This document shows, in pieces, positions 53,075-62,667 of a stretch of 64,000 nt of DNA; the first letter of the stretch is position 1; each line of letters opens with the position of its first letter. The notes beneath the pieces are model-generated. The model had not been told where the DNA came from and made no database searches. It was given only the letters and a program-made list of their open reading frames with translations. Position numbers and translations under genes: made by a program. Origin of the DNA: an uncultured Gemmatimonadales bacterium (GTDB lineage: Bacteria; Gemmatimonadota; Gemmatimonadetes; Longimicrobiales; Longimicrobiaceae); contig OY970303.1 of the NCBI GenBank assembly GCA_963716255.1, forward strand, positions 3,968,001 to 4,032,000. Direction: 5' to 3'.

Positions 53075-53851
53075 GTGAGGCTCCGCTTCCTGGGGACGGG
53101 GACGTCGTTCGGCGTCCCCGTCGTCGGCTGCGGGTGCGCCACCTGCACCTCGGCGGACCCGCGCGACCGGCGCACCCGGCACGGCGCGCTGCTGGAGGAC
53201 GGCGACCGCAGGCTGCTGGTGGACACCCCGCCGGAGCTGCGCCTTCAATTGGTGGAGGCGGGGGTGGGGCGGGTGGACGCGGTGTGGTACACCCATTGCC
53301 ACGCCGACCACGTGCACGGGGTGGACGACCTGCGCGTCTTCTCGGTGCGGCGCGACCGGCCGCTCCCGGTGTGGGCCTCGGAGGAGTGCGTGGACACGCT
53401 TCGCGCCCGCTTCGCCTACGTGTTCGACCCGGAGATCCGGCCCATCGAGGGGACCACCAAGCCGGAAGCGGAGCTTTCGCCCTTCCGCGCCTACGAGGAG
53501 GTGGAGGTGGCGGGCTTCCGCATGCTTCCCCTTCCCGTGCCGCACGGGCTGGTGGAGGCGTTCGGGTTCCGCGTCGGTGACCTGGGCTACATCACCGACG
53601 CCAAGCGGCTCCCCGAGCGCACCCGCGAGGCGCTGGCCGGGGTGCGGGTGCTGGTGCTCAACGCCCTCTGGTACGGCAACCCGCACCCGACGCACTTCAC
53701 CGTCGAGGAAGCGGTGGAGGCGGCGCTGGAGGTCGGCGCCGAGCGGACGTACCTGACCCACTTCAGCCACCGGGTTCGGCACGCGGAGCTGGAGGCGCGG
53801 CTTCCGTCCGGTGTCGCGCCGGCGTACGACGGGCTGGTGGTGGAGTTTTGA
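53075..53851 (+). CDS. MBL-fold metallohydrolase (PhnP-like)
   Basis: LGTGTS.GVP..GC.C..C, THCHADHVHG, YITD, THFSH. Confidence 0.92.
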   Translation: MRLRFLGTGTSFGVPVVGCGCATCTSADPRDRRTRHGALLEDGDRRLLVDTPPELRLQLVEAGVGRVDAVWYTHCHADHVHGVDDLRVFSVRRDRPLPVWASEECVDTLRARFAYVFDPEIRPIEGTTKPEAELSPFRAYEEVEVAGFRMLPLPVPHGLVEAFGFRVGDLGYITDAKRLPERTREALAGVRVLVLNALWYGNPHPTHFTVEEAVEAALEVGAERTYLTHFSHRVRHAELEARLPSGVAPAYDGLVVEF

Positions 53852-53880
53852 GGGTGTAGCCGGTTCTTTCGCATGAAGCC

Positions 53881-54036
53881 GCTCCGGAGCCCGGCGATAC
53901 TGCTGCCGGTCTCCTGCGCGGGCGCAGGGAGCCCCGCCAAACCGCCGGCGGGTCTCCCTGCGCCGGAGTGAGCCAGGCCAAACTGCCGGCCTGTCTCCCT
54001 CCGAACAGATTCATGTGGATACCGCGAACCTGCAAC
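53881..54036. repeat. Repeat family A, copy 3
   Basis: Three GAG-C-stem-loop-stem-T-CTC hairpins; colinear with 40912. Confidence 0.85.
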
Positions 54037-54043
54037 GACAAAG

Positions 54044-54100
54044 CCCCCTCTCCCAGAATTGGGAGAGGGTGGCGAGCCTCCAGCGAGCCCGGTGAGGGCC
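54044..54100 (+). repeat. REP-like element, long form
   Basis: CCCTCTCCCAGAATTGGGAGAGGGTGGCGAGC...CGGTGAGGGCC. Confidence 0.8.
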
Positions 54101-54133
54101 CGCCGTTTATTCCCTCTTCCCTAGCCGTTGACC

Positions 54134-55555
<1,422 letters not shown>

Positions 55556-55587
55556 GAGCACGTTCCCGCGGACGCAGCGCAAACCCC

Positions 55588-55716
55588 GCGTGAGGGATTT
55601 CGGCCCGAAGGGGCGAGACCGCGCGGCTGTTTGCGCGGGCTCGACTCCGTTGGGCTGCGTTGTTTGCAGCCCTACGGAGCCGAAGCCCGACCCCGGCGCC
55701 AGCCGGGGGCACGCCC
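55588..55716 (+). repeat. Structured repeat family B, copy 4
   Basis: Reference copy; stems GGGCTGC/GCAGCCC and CCGCGC/GCGCGG. Confidence 0.92.
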
Positions 55717-55790
55717 GGACCCCGCGTTTCAGAGCAGGGTAACAAAACACGTGGCTCCGGATGAAACGCTCCGAGGAGTGACCGATCAAA

Positions 55791-56684
55791 ATGGAAAAGC
55801 TGAGAGTCTTCGGCCTGATGACCCTGCTCACCCTGCTGCTGGTGGGCCTTGGCGGATACGTGGGCGGGCAGGGCGGGATGGTGGCGTTCTTCGCCGTCGC
55901 GGTGGCGATGAACTTCGGGATGTACTGGTTCAGCGACCGCATCGTCCTGCGGCAGTACGGCGCGCACGTGGTGCAGCCGGGCGAGGAGGGCGGGCGCTTC
56001 GACGCGCTGTACGCCATGGTGGACCGCCTGCGGCAGAGCGCCGGGCTTCCCATGCCGGTGGTGGCGGTGTCCGAGCAGCCGCAGCCCAACGCCTTCGCCA
56101 CGGGTCGCAACCCCGAGCACGCGGTGGTGTGCGTGACGCGGGGAATGTGGGAGCTGGTGGCGCGCGGCCAGATGACGCCCGACGAGCTGGAGGCGGTGAT
56201 GGCCCACGAGCTGGCGCACGTGAAGCACCGCCACATGCTGGTGGGGACCATTGCCGCGAGCATGGCCGGCGCGGTGATGATGATCGGCAACATGCTCAAG
56301 TGGGGCGCCATCTTCGGGATGGGGCGCGACGACGAGGACGGCAACCCGGTGGCGCTCCTCGCCCTGGCGATCCTGGCGCCCGTCGCCGCGATGATCGTGC
56401 AGATGACCATCTCGCGCCGCAACGAGTTCGAGGCGGACGCGGGCGCCGCCGCCATCAGCGGCAAGCCGCTGGCGCTGGCCAGCGCGCTGCGCAAGATCGA
56501 GACGATCGCGCGCGGGCACCCCATGCACGTGTCGCCCTCGGCGGCGCACCTGGCGATCGTCAACCCGCTGGCGGGGGTGGGCGGCCTGGCGGGGCTGTTC
56601 CGCACGCACCCGCCCACGGAGGACCGGGTGGAGCGCCTGCAGCAGATCGCGGCGCGCCACGACGTCGCGGCGCTCACCCGGTGA
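55791..56684 (+). CDS. htpX: Zinc metalloprotease HtpX
   Basis: YWFSD.IVL, QPNAFATGRNPEHA, AHELAH, ISR..EF.AD, FRTHPP. Confidence 0.94.
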   Translation: MEKLRVFGLMTLLTLLLVGLGGYVGGQGGMVAFFAVAVAMNFGMYWFSDRIVLRQYGAHVVQPGEEGGRFDALYAMVDRLRQSAGLPMPVVAVSEQPQPNAFATGRNPEHAVVCVTRGMWELVARGQMTPDELEAVMAHELAHVKHRHMLVGTIAASMAGAVMMIGNMLKWGAIFGMGRDDEDGNPVALLALAILAPVAAMIVQMTISRRNEFEADAGAAAISGKPLALASALRKIETIARGHPMHVSPSAAHLAIVNPLAGVGGLAGLFRTHPPTEDRVERLQQIAARHDVAALTR

Positions 56685-57601
56685 GCGGGGAGGCGGGGCC
56701 CTACGCCGACCGTGCGCTGATCGTCCTGAACCCCGCCGCGGGGCAGGAAGACCCCCTTCGAGTGCGCCGCCTGCTGGGCGGCGCATTCGCCGTCCGGGGG
56801 GCCTCCTTCGACCTGGTGGAGACGGCCGGGGCGGGGGACGCGGAGCGCTTCGCGCGCGACGCGGTGCGGCTGGGCTATCGCGCGGTGGTGGCGGTGGGGG
56901 GCGACGGCACGGTGGCGGAGGTGATCACCGGGCTGGCCGGCACGCAGGTGCCGCTGGCCGTGGTGGCGCAGGGGACGGGGAACCAGGTGGCGTGCAACCT
57001 GGGGATCCCGCGCGACATCGAGGGCGCGGTGGAGGTGGCGGTCCACGGCGTCCCCGCGCCCATGGACCTGGGGCAGCTCGCCGACGGGCGCTACTTCGCG
57101 CTCATGGCCGGCGCGGGCTGGGACGCGGAGGTGATGACGGCCGCCACGCGCGAGCTCAAGGACCGCTGGGGCTTCGGCGCGTACCTGTACGCCGGCCTCC
57201 GCCGCGCGCTGGCGCCCCCCTCGGCGCTCTTCCGCATCACCGCGGACGGCCGCGAGTTCACGGTGAGCGCCGCCACGGTGATCGTCGCCAACGTGGGCCA
57301 GATCGTCTATGACCTGCTCCCGGTGGACCTGCGCATCGGCCCCGGCGTGTCCTTTCACGACGGGATGCTAGACGTGTGCATCTTCGCCCCGCGCACCTTC
57401 AGCGACGTGGCCGCCGTGCTCTGGCGCGTGGCCCGCGGCCAGTACGTGGGCGACGACCGCATGATCTACCTGCGCGCCCGCGACATCCGCATCGAGTCCG
57501 AGACCCCCGTGGTGACGCAGGTGGACGGCGACGTGGTGGGCGAGACTCCGCTGGAGGTACGCGCCGTGGAGGGCGGGGTGCGGGTGCTGGTGCCGCGATA
57601 G
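56681..57601 (+). CDS. Diacylglycerol/lipid kinase family protein
   Basis: NPAAG, GGDGT..EV, GTGN..A.NLG, AGAG.DA, DGMLD, QVDGD; GTGA overlap with htpX. Confidence 0.9.
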   Translation: MSGEAGPYADRALIVLNPAAGQEDPLRVRRLLGGAFAVRGASFDLVETAGAGDAERFARDAVRLGYRAVVAVGGDGTVAEVITGLAGTQVPLAVVAQGTGNQVACNLGIPRDIEGAVEVAVHGVPAPMDLGQLADGRYFALMAGAGWDAEVMTAATRELKDRWGFGAYLYAGLRRALAPPSALFRITADGREFTVSAATVIVANVGQIVYDLLPVDLRIGPGVSFHDGMLDVCIFAPRTFSDVAAVLWRVARGQYVGDDRMIYLRARDIRIESETPVVTQVDGDVVGETPLEVRAVEGGVRVLVPR

Positions 57602-57623
57602 GCGAAAGTGCGAAGTGCGAAAC

Positions 57624-57661
57624 GACGGCGCCCCACCGGGATCTCCCGGTGGGGCGCCGTC
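57624..57661. terminator. Terminator hairpin between convergent genes
   Basis: GACGGCGCCCCACCGGGA-TC-TCCCGGTGGGGCGCCGTC. Confidence 0.7.
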
Positions 57662-57662
57662 T

Positions 57663-57795
57663 GCGTGAGGGATGCGCGCCCGGCAGGGCCGAGACCCGCG
57701 GGGCTGTTTCCGCGGGGCTCGGCGGAGTTACGCACGGTTGTTTCGTGCGTTACTCCGCGCGCAGCCCGACCCCGGCGTCAGCCGGGGGCACGCCC
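57663..57795 (+). repeat. Structured repeat family B, copy 5 (most diverged)
   Basis: Ends and loops conserved; inner stems replaced by different but still pairing sequence. Confidence 0.9.
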
Positions 57796-57830
57796 AACCC
57801 GTCGTTAAAAGCCGTTCCCTGATCCGCGCC

Positions 57831-59627
57831 TCACGGCACGAAGGCCGGGAGCGACGCGTCGCGGGCTTCCCACTTGCTGGCGCTGATCTTGTCCTGAAGG
57901 ACCAGGCTGCTCGTGGAGGTGCTGAGGCCGGCGGCCTTGAGGCTGGCCGTGGTGAAGGTGAGCAGCCGGTCCGCCCGGCCGTCGCCGTTGTAGTCCTTGA
58001 CGGTGGTCTGGTACGCGGTGCCGCGCATGGCCACCGGCACGCCCGAGCCGGAGCCGTCCACCACCAGGCGGGTGTTCGCCACGTTGATGGCCGCGGCGTC
58101 GAAGTCCTGCTTGGAGTACAGCACCACGTTCACGGCCGGCGAGCTCGCCAGGCTGATGGTGGCGGGCTGCACGTCCATGGTCGCCAGGCGCCAGCCGGTG
58201 ACGGCCTGGTAGACGTTGATCTTCCCGAAGCCGAACTCGTTGTCGAAGCCGGGGGTGCCCAGGTCGTCCGCCGTGTTCTTCAGGCGGGCCAGCACCGAGT
58301 CGACGTTGGTCATCCCGTTGGCGATGAGCAGCGCGGCCAGCCCGGTGACCTGCGGCGTGGCCATGGAGGTGCCCGCCAGCCAGGCGTACGAGTTGGTCAC
58401 CACCTCGGTGGCGTCGCCGTCCACCGACAGGATCAGGCTGTAGCCGTTGGGAAGGCTCTCGCCGTCGCCGCCGGGAGCGGACAGCTCGATGTCGGGGCTG
58501 TAGTTGGAGTAGCTGGCGCGGGTGTCGTTCCAGTCGGTGGCGCCCACCGCCACGCACTCCGGGAAGCGCGCCGGGAAGCCGATCCCCGGGAAGTTGTCGT
58601 TGCCCGTGGAGCAGAAGGGCAGGACGTTGTGGGCGCGCGCGTACTGGAGCGCCGCCTGCTGCGCCGCGGAGCCCACGGTGGCGTTGGGGGCGCCGCCGAG
58701 GCTCAGGTTGATGACGTTGGCGCCGTTGTCCGTCGCCCACACGATGGCGTTCGCCGTGGACGAGTTGGGGCAGGAGGTCTGGACGACGTTGCCCGGGAAC
58801 AGGTACAGGTCGCACCCCTTGGCGTTGATCAGCTTGATGTTGGCGCCGTACGCCACGCCGGACACGCCCAGGCCGTTGTTGCCGCGGGCGGCGGCGATGC
58901 CGGCCACGTGCGAGCCGTGGCCGTCACGGTCGCTGACCAGCGTGTCGGGGTAGCCGGTGGCGAAGTTCCGCTCCAGGATCACCCGGCCGACGAGGTCCTG
59001 GTGGTTGTTCTGGATCCCCGTGTCCACGATGGCGATCGTGGCCGAGCCAGCGAAGCCCGAGCCCAGGTACTGGAACGCCTCCAGCCAGTCGATGTCGGCG
59101 TCCACCACGCCCGAGCTGGACAGCACGGTGCCGGAGCTGTTGGTGATGCTGCCCTTGTTGTGCAGGTCCCACTTGTAGCCGAAGAACCCGTCGTTCGGGG
59201 TGTTGCACGACCCCGTCTCGCAGGGGACGATGGCGTTCAGGTAGTCGGGCTCGGCGAAGTCCACGCGCGCGGCGGAGCCGAGGCCGGCGACGACCTCCTT
59301 CTCCTGCCCGGCGGGAACGGCGATGAGCCAGGTGTCGGGGAGCAGCATCTGCTCCATGACGGTGGCGCCCTGGGCGGCCACGATCTGCTCCACGGCGGCC
59401 TGGGAGGTGCCGGCGGCGAACTGCACGATGATCTGCCCGGACACGTACGGCAGGATGTCGTCGGTGCCCACGCTCAGGCGCACGATGGACCGGGGGTCCT
59501 GCGGCAGGCGCGCCATCTCGGTGGGGCTGTCGTCCGAGCAGGCGGCAAGCACGAGCATACCGGCGGCGGCGGCGACCCGGCCGGCGCGGGTGAGCGGCGG
59601 GGCGATGGGTCTGTTGAAGAGAGGCAT
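57831..59627 (-). CDS. S8 serine protease lipoprotein with C-terminal beta domain
   Basis: LAAC lipobox; IVDTG, HGSHVAGI, GTSMATP. Confidence 0.92.
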   Translation of the reverse strand: MPLFNRPIAPPLTRAGRVAAAAGMLVLAACSDDSPTEMARLPQDPRSIVRLSVGTDDILPYVSGQIIVQFAAGTSQAAVEQIVAAQGATVMEQMLLPDTWLIAVPAGQEKEVVAGLGSAARVDFAEPDYLNAIVPCETGSCNTPNDGFFGYKWDLHNKGSITNSSGTVLSSSGVVDADIDWLEAFQYLGSGFAGSATIAIVDTGIQNNHQDLVGRVILERNFATGYPDTLVSDRDGHGSHVAGIAAARGNNGLGVSGVAYGANIKLINAKGCDLYLFPGNVVQTSCPNSSTANAIVWATDNGANVINLSLGGAPNATVGSAAQQAALQYARAHNVLPFCSTGNDNFPGIGFPARFPECVAVGATDWNDTRASYSNYSPDIELSAPGGDGESLPNGYSLILSVDGDATEVVTNSYAWLAGTSMATPQVTGLAALLIANGMTNVDSVLARLKNTADDLGTPGFDNEFGFGKINVYQAVTGWRLATMDVQPATISLASSPAVNVVLYSKQDFDAAAINVANTRLVVDGSGSGVPVAMRGTAYQTTVKDYNGDGRADRLLTFTTASLKAAGLSTSTSSLVLQDKISASKWEARDASLPAFVP

Positions 59628-59661
59628 CTCGGGTACTCCCTGGGGGTGGTCGGAGAAAGGG

Positions 59662-60240
59662 TCAGGCGTCGGCGCTCTGCTCGCGGCGGCGGCGCCGGCG
59701 GGCGGCGGCCACGCCGAGCAGCCCGGTGCCGAGCAGGCTCATGGTGACGGGCTCGGGGGTGACGGTCCCGGAGATGGTCTGCTGGTCCGCCGTGGTGCCC
59801 GTGTAGTCGAAGTACAGGGTGTTGGTGTTGGACTGCCCCTGGGGGTCCACCTGCAGGTCGACGTAGCCGGTGCTGCCTGCGTCGGCCAGGGTGAACGGCG
59901 CGCCGCTCTCGGTGAAGTTGATGAAGAGCTGGCGGCCGGCCATGCCGTTGGTGGTGGCCCCGCCGAAGTCGCCGAAGTCGTCGTGCGCGCCGTAGGAGCC
60001 GAAGCCGCTCGCCGGGACGAAGCTCCACCCGCTGCCGGTGAGCGTCAGCGTCAGGGTGTTCAGCGCCAGGTTGGATTCCAGCGCCTGGAGGAAGAAGCGG
60101 ACCTGGCTGCACCCCACGCCGGGGACGCAGGTGGCGTAGCCGCTGGTGTCGAACGTCTGCGCGGCGGCCGGGGACGCGCTGCCGGCGGCTGCCGCGAGGG
60201 CCCCGACGGCGAGGAGGAGGGTACGGACGTGTCTGGTCAT
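59662..60240 (-). CDS. Secreted PEP-CTERM sorting-domain protein
   Basis: Signal peptide ending AAAQ; VTPEPVTMSLLGTGLLGVAAARRRRR. Confidence 0.87.
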   Translation of the reverse strand: MTRHVRTLLLAVGALAAAAGSASPAAAQTFDTSGYATCVPGVGCSQVRFFLQALESNLALNTLTLTLTGSGWSFVPASGFGSYGAHDDFGDFGGATTNGMAGRQLFINFTESGAPFTLADAGSTGYVDLQVDPQGQSNTNTLYFDYTGTTADQQTISGTVTPEPVTMSLLGTGLLGVAAARRRRRREQSADA

Positions 60241-60768
60241 CGGATGCGGTAAGTGAGGGGTGGTGGTGGTCCGGGACGCGTGTGCGGCGCGCCGGACGGC
60301 GCGTGCGGGCACGGCCGACGGCGCGCCCCCGGGAGGGGCGCGCGGGGCGCACGCGGCTGCGGCGAGGCAGAAGGTCAAGGGCGCTCCGGGTGGATCGTGG
60401 CTGCGGTCGAGCCAGGGTCCCCCGCTTCGGTGGCCGGACGGTCTCGGAGAGACTCCAGGCTTTGCGGACCGGCCTCACGGCCGGGGTGCCATTTTCGCGC
60501 GAGGCGTGACGAGCCGCACGTGTACCCGGGAGGAGAGGGTCGGCGTGCGGCGAGTCTGGGAAGCGCCGCGGAGGATTGCAGCACGCGTGCCTGTCGCGCG
60601 CGATCGCGTAAGTACCTGCGAACAAAGAACTAAGGGCGATTGGCCCGTGACGGGCTGGGGCGATTTCGGTGGGATCGAACCGGCAACTGTCGTCCCGGCT
60701 CTACAAACACTCGACGGGTTCTATACGGGTTCCGTTCGAAGTCCGGCGGTGCGACACACCGTGTAGAC

Positions 60769-60802
60769 AAAGCCCGCCCGGCCGCATGGCCGGACGGGCT
60801 TT
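60769..60802 (-). terminator. Terminator hairpin
   Basis: AAAGCCCGCCCGGCC...GGCCGGACGGGCTTT. Confidence 0.65.
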
Positions 60803-60814
60803 CCCGGGATTCCC

Positions 60815-60947
60815 GCGTGAGGGATTTCGGCCCGAAGGGGCGAGACCCGGCGGGGTTGTTTCCGCCGGGGCTCGACTCCGTCAGGCAGCGTTGTTTGCTG
60901 CCTTACGGAGCCGAAGCCCGACCCCGGCGCCAGCCGGGGGCACGCCC
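60815..60947 (+). repeat. Structured repeat family B, copy 6
   Basis: Closest to copy 3 at 51348. Confidence 0.92.
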
Positions 60948-60972
60948 GATCCCGCAGTTGCCTAAAAATCCA

Positions 60973-62430
60973 TTACCGGACGGACTGGTACGCGTTCACC
61001 CACCCGTGTCCGTAGAACGCGTCGTTGCCGGGCTTGCCCAGGTCCGCCGCCCCCCGCTTCAGCGCCGCCTCCACCCGTGCGGGCGCCATCCGGCCGCCCC
61101 CCGCCTCGATGACCAGCGCCGCGATCCCCGCCACGACCGGCGCCGCCATGCTGGTGCCGGGCCGCCAGTCGTACCCCCCCGCCGCGCTGGTCCCCCGGAC
61201 TGTGCTCATGACCATGTCGTACCACCAGCACTCGCGGAAGGCGAAGGTGACCCGGCACCGGTCGGTGCCGGAGTAGGCGAAGTCGCCGCCGGGCGCCGCC
61301 AGGTCCACCAGCGACTTGCCGTAGTTGGTGTACGACGCCGGCCGCGAGAAGTCGGTGGCGCCCTTGGCCCAGCCCACGGGGCCGGTGGCGGACACGCCGA
61401 TGACGTGCGTCGCCGTGGACGGGACGTTGATCCACCCCTTGGCCTCGTCGAAGTTGCGCCCGTCGTTGCCGACGGCGGAGATCAGCGTCACCCCCTGCCT
61501 GTGGGCGTAGCGGGTGGCCCGGTCGACCGACTTCTCCAGCTCCTTCACGGACTCCCGGTACTCCTTGTCCTTGGTCTTGGCGTCCAGGGAGAGCCCCAGG
61601 CTCATGTTGATGACGTCCGCGCCGGCGCCGCCCTGGTCGCGCGGGGTCGCGGCGTAGTAGATGCCCGCGATGATGCCGTCGAAGTCGCCGATGTTGGCGT
61701 CCAGGACCTTGACGCCGATGAGGGTGGCGCCGGGGGCGATGCCGACGACGCCGATGCCGTTGTCCGCGGCCCCGACGATCCCCGCGACGTGGGTGCCGTG
61801 CCAGAAGGTGCCCACGTCCTGGTCGAAGGTACGGCCCGGGATGAAGGAGCGCGAGGCCGCCCGGTCCACGTTGGCGCTCAGGTCGGGGTGGTCGGCGTAC
61901 AGCCCGCCGTCCAGGATGGCGACCCGCACGCCCCGCCCGGTGTAGCCGGCGTTCCACGCCTCGGGGGCATGCACCGCGGCGGGCGCCCACTGGAGCCCGT
62001 AGAACGGCTCGTCGTCCGCCAGGCTGGCGACGCTCGCCCGGACCGGCGGCAGGGTGGGGGGCGCGTCGAGGGAGACCGCCTCGCCGGGGCTCACCCACTG
62101 CGCCGTCACGTCCGCGGTGACCGACTCCACCCCGGCGATGCGGCCGGCGAGCGCCCTGAAGCCGGGGGCCGCGGAACTCGCGACGGCCACGCCCAGCTCG
62201 GGGTACGCCCGCTCCAGCGTGCCTCCCGCGGCGGCGACCTGCGCGGCCAGGTCGCGCGGCAGCGACTCCGCCGAGGCGAGGATCAGGTAGCGGCCGGTCG
62301 TGACGCCCTCGGACAGGGCGGGCGCGGTCCCCGGAGCGGCGGGGCCGGCGAGATCGCCGGAGCAGGCGGCGAGCGTGGCGGCTCCCGCCAGCGCCAGGGC
62401 GAGGGCCGGCCGGGGGACGGAACGGAGCAT
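60973..62430 (-). CDS. S8 serine protease lipoprotein
   Basis: LAAC lipobox; ILDGG, HGTHVAGI, GTSMAAP. Confidence 0.93.
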   Translation of the reverse strand: MLRSVPRPALALALAGAATLAACSGDLAGPAAPGTAPALSEGVTTGRYLILASAESLPRDLAAQVAAAGGTLERAYPELGVAVASSAAPGFRALAGRIAGVESVTADVTAQWVSPGEAVSLDAPPTLPPVRASVASLADDEPFYGLQWAPAAVHAPEAWNAGYTGRGVRVAILDGGLYADHPDLSANVDRAASRSFIPGRTFDQDVGTFWHGTHVAGIVGAADNGIGVVGIAPGATLIGVKVLDANIGDFDGIIAGIYYAATPRDQGGAGADVINMSLGLSLDAKTKDKEYRESVKELEKSVDRATRYAHRQGVTLISAVGNDGRNFDEAKGWINVPSTATHVIGVSATGPVGWAKGATDFSRPASYTNYGKSLVDLAAPGGDFAYSGTDRCRVTFAFRECWWYDMVMSTVRGTSAAGGYDWRPGTSMAAPVVAGIAALVIEAGGGRMAPARVEAALKRGAADLGKPGNDAFYGHGWVNAYQSVR

Positions 62431-62563
62431 GAGATACCTCTGGGTGCTGTGGTTCGCCGGGCGGGGATGTGGACCCCACGGATTGCTCCGGCGGCGCCGA
62501 TGTCGCGGCGTCTGAAGCGTTTCGGTACGAATGTCCCGGAAAGGAGCGATGCGAGCTCGACGG

Positions 62564-62593
62564 ACGATACCGTGTACGGTGGCGGTGCGTCAA
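62564..62593 (-). promoter_or_regulatory. Sigma70-type promoter of the S8 gene
   Basis: Minus strand TTGACG-18 nt-TATCGT. Confidence 0.55.
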
Positions 62594-62615
62594 GCGCACC
62601 GCGGGTAAAAAATCG

Positions 62616-62642
62616 CGGGGGAGGCTCTTCGAGCCTCCCCCG
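62616..62642 (-). terminator. Terminator hairpin
   Basis: CGGGGGAGGCTC-TTC-GAGCCTCCCCCG with a T-run just downstream on the minus strand. Confidence 0.65.
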
Positions 62643-62667
62643 GGTCCTGCTTCCCTGCCGGTTCAGC

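Noticed and set aside
60480..60500. Sigma54 promoter before the second PEP-CTERM gene
   Set aside because: TGGCAC is present on the minus strand but the -12 GC is missing.
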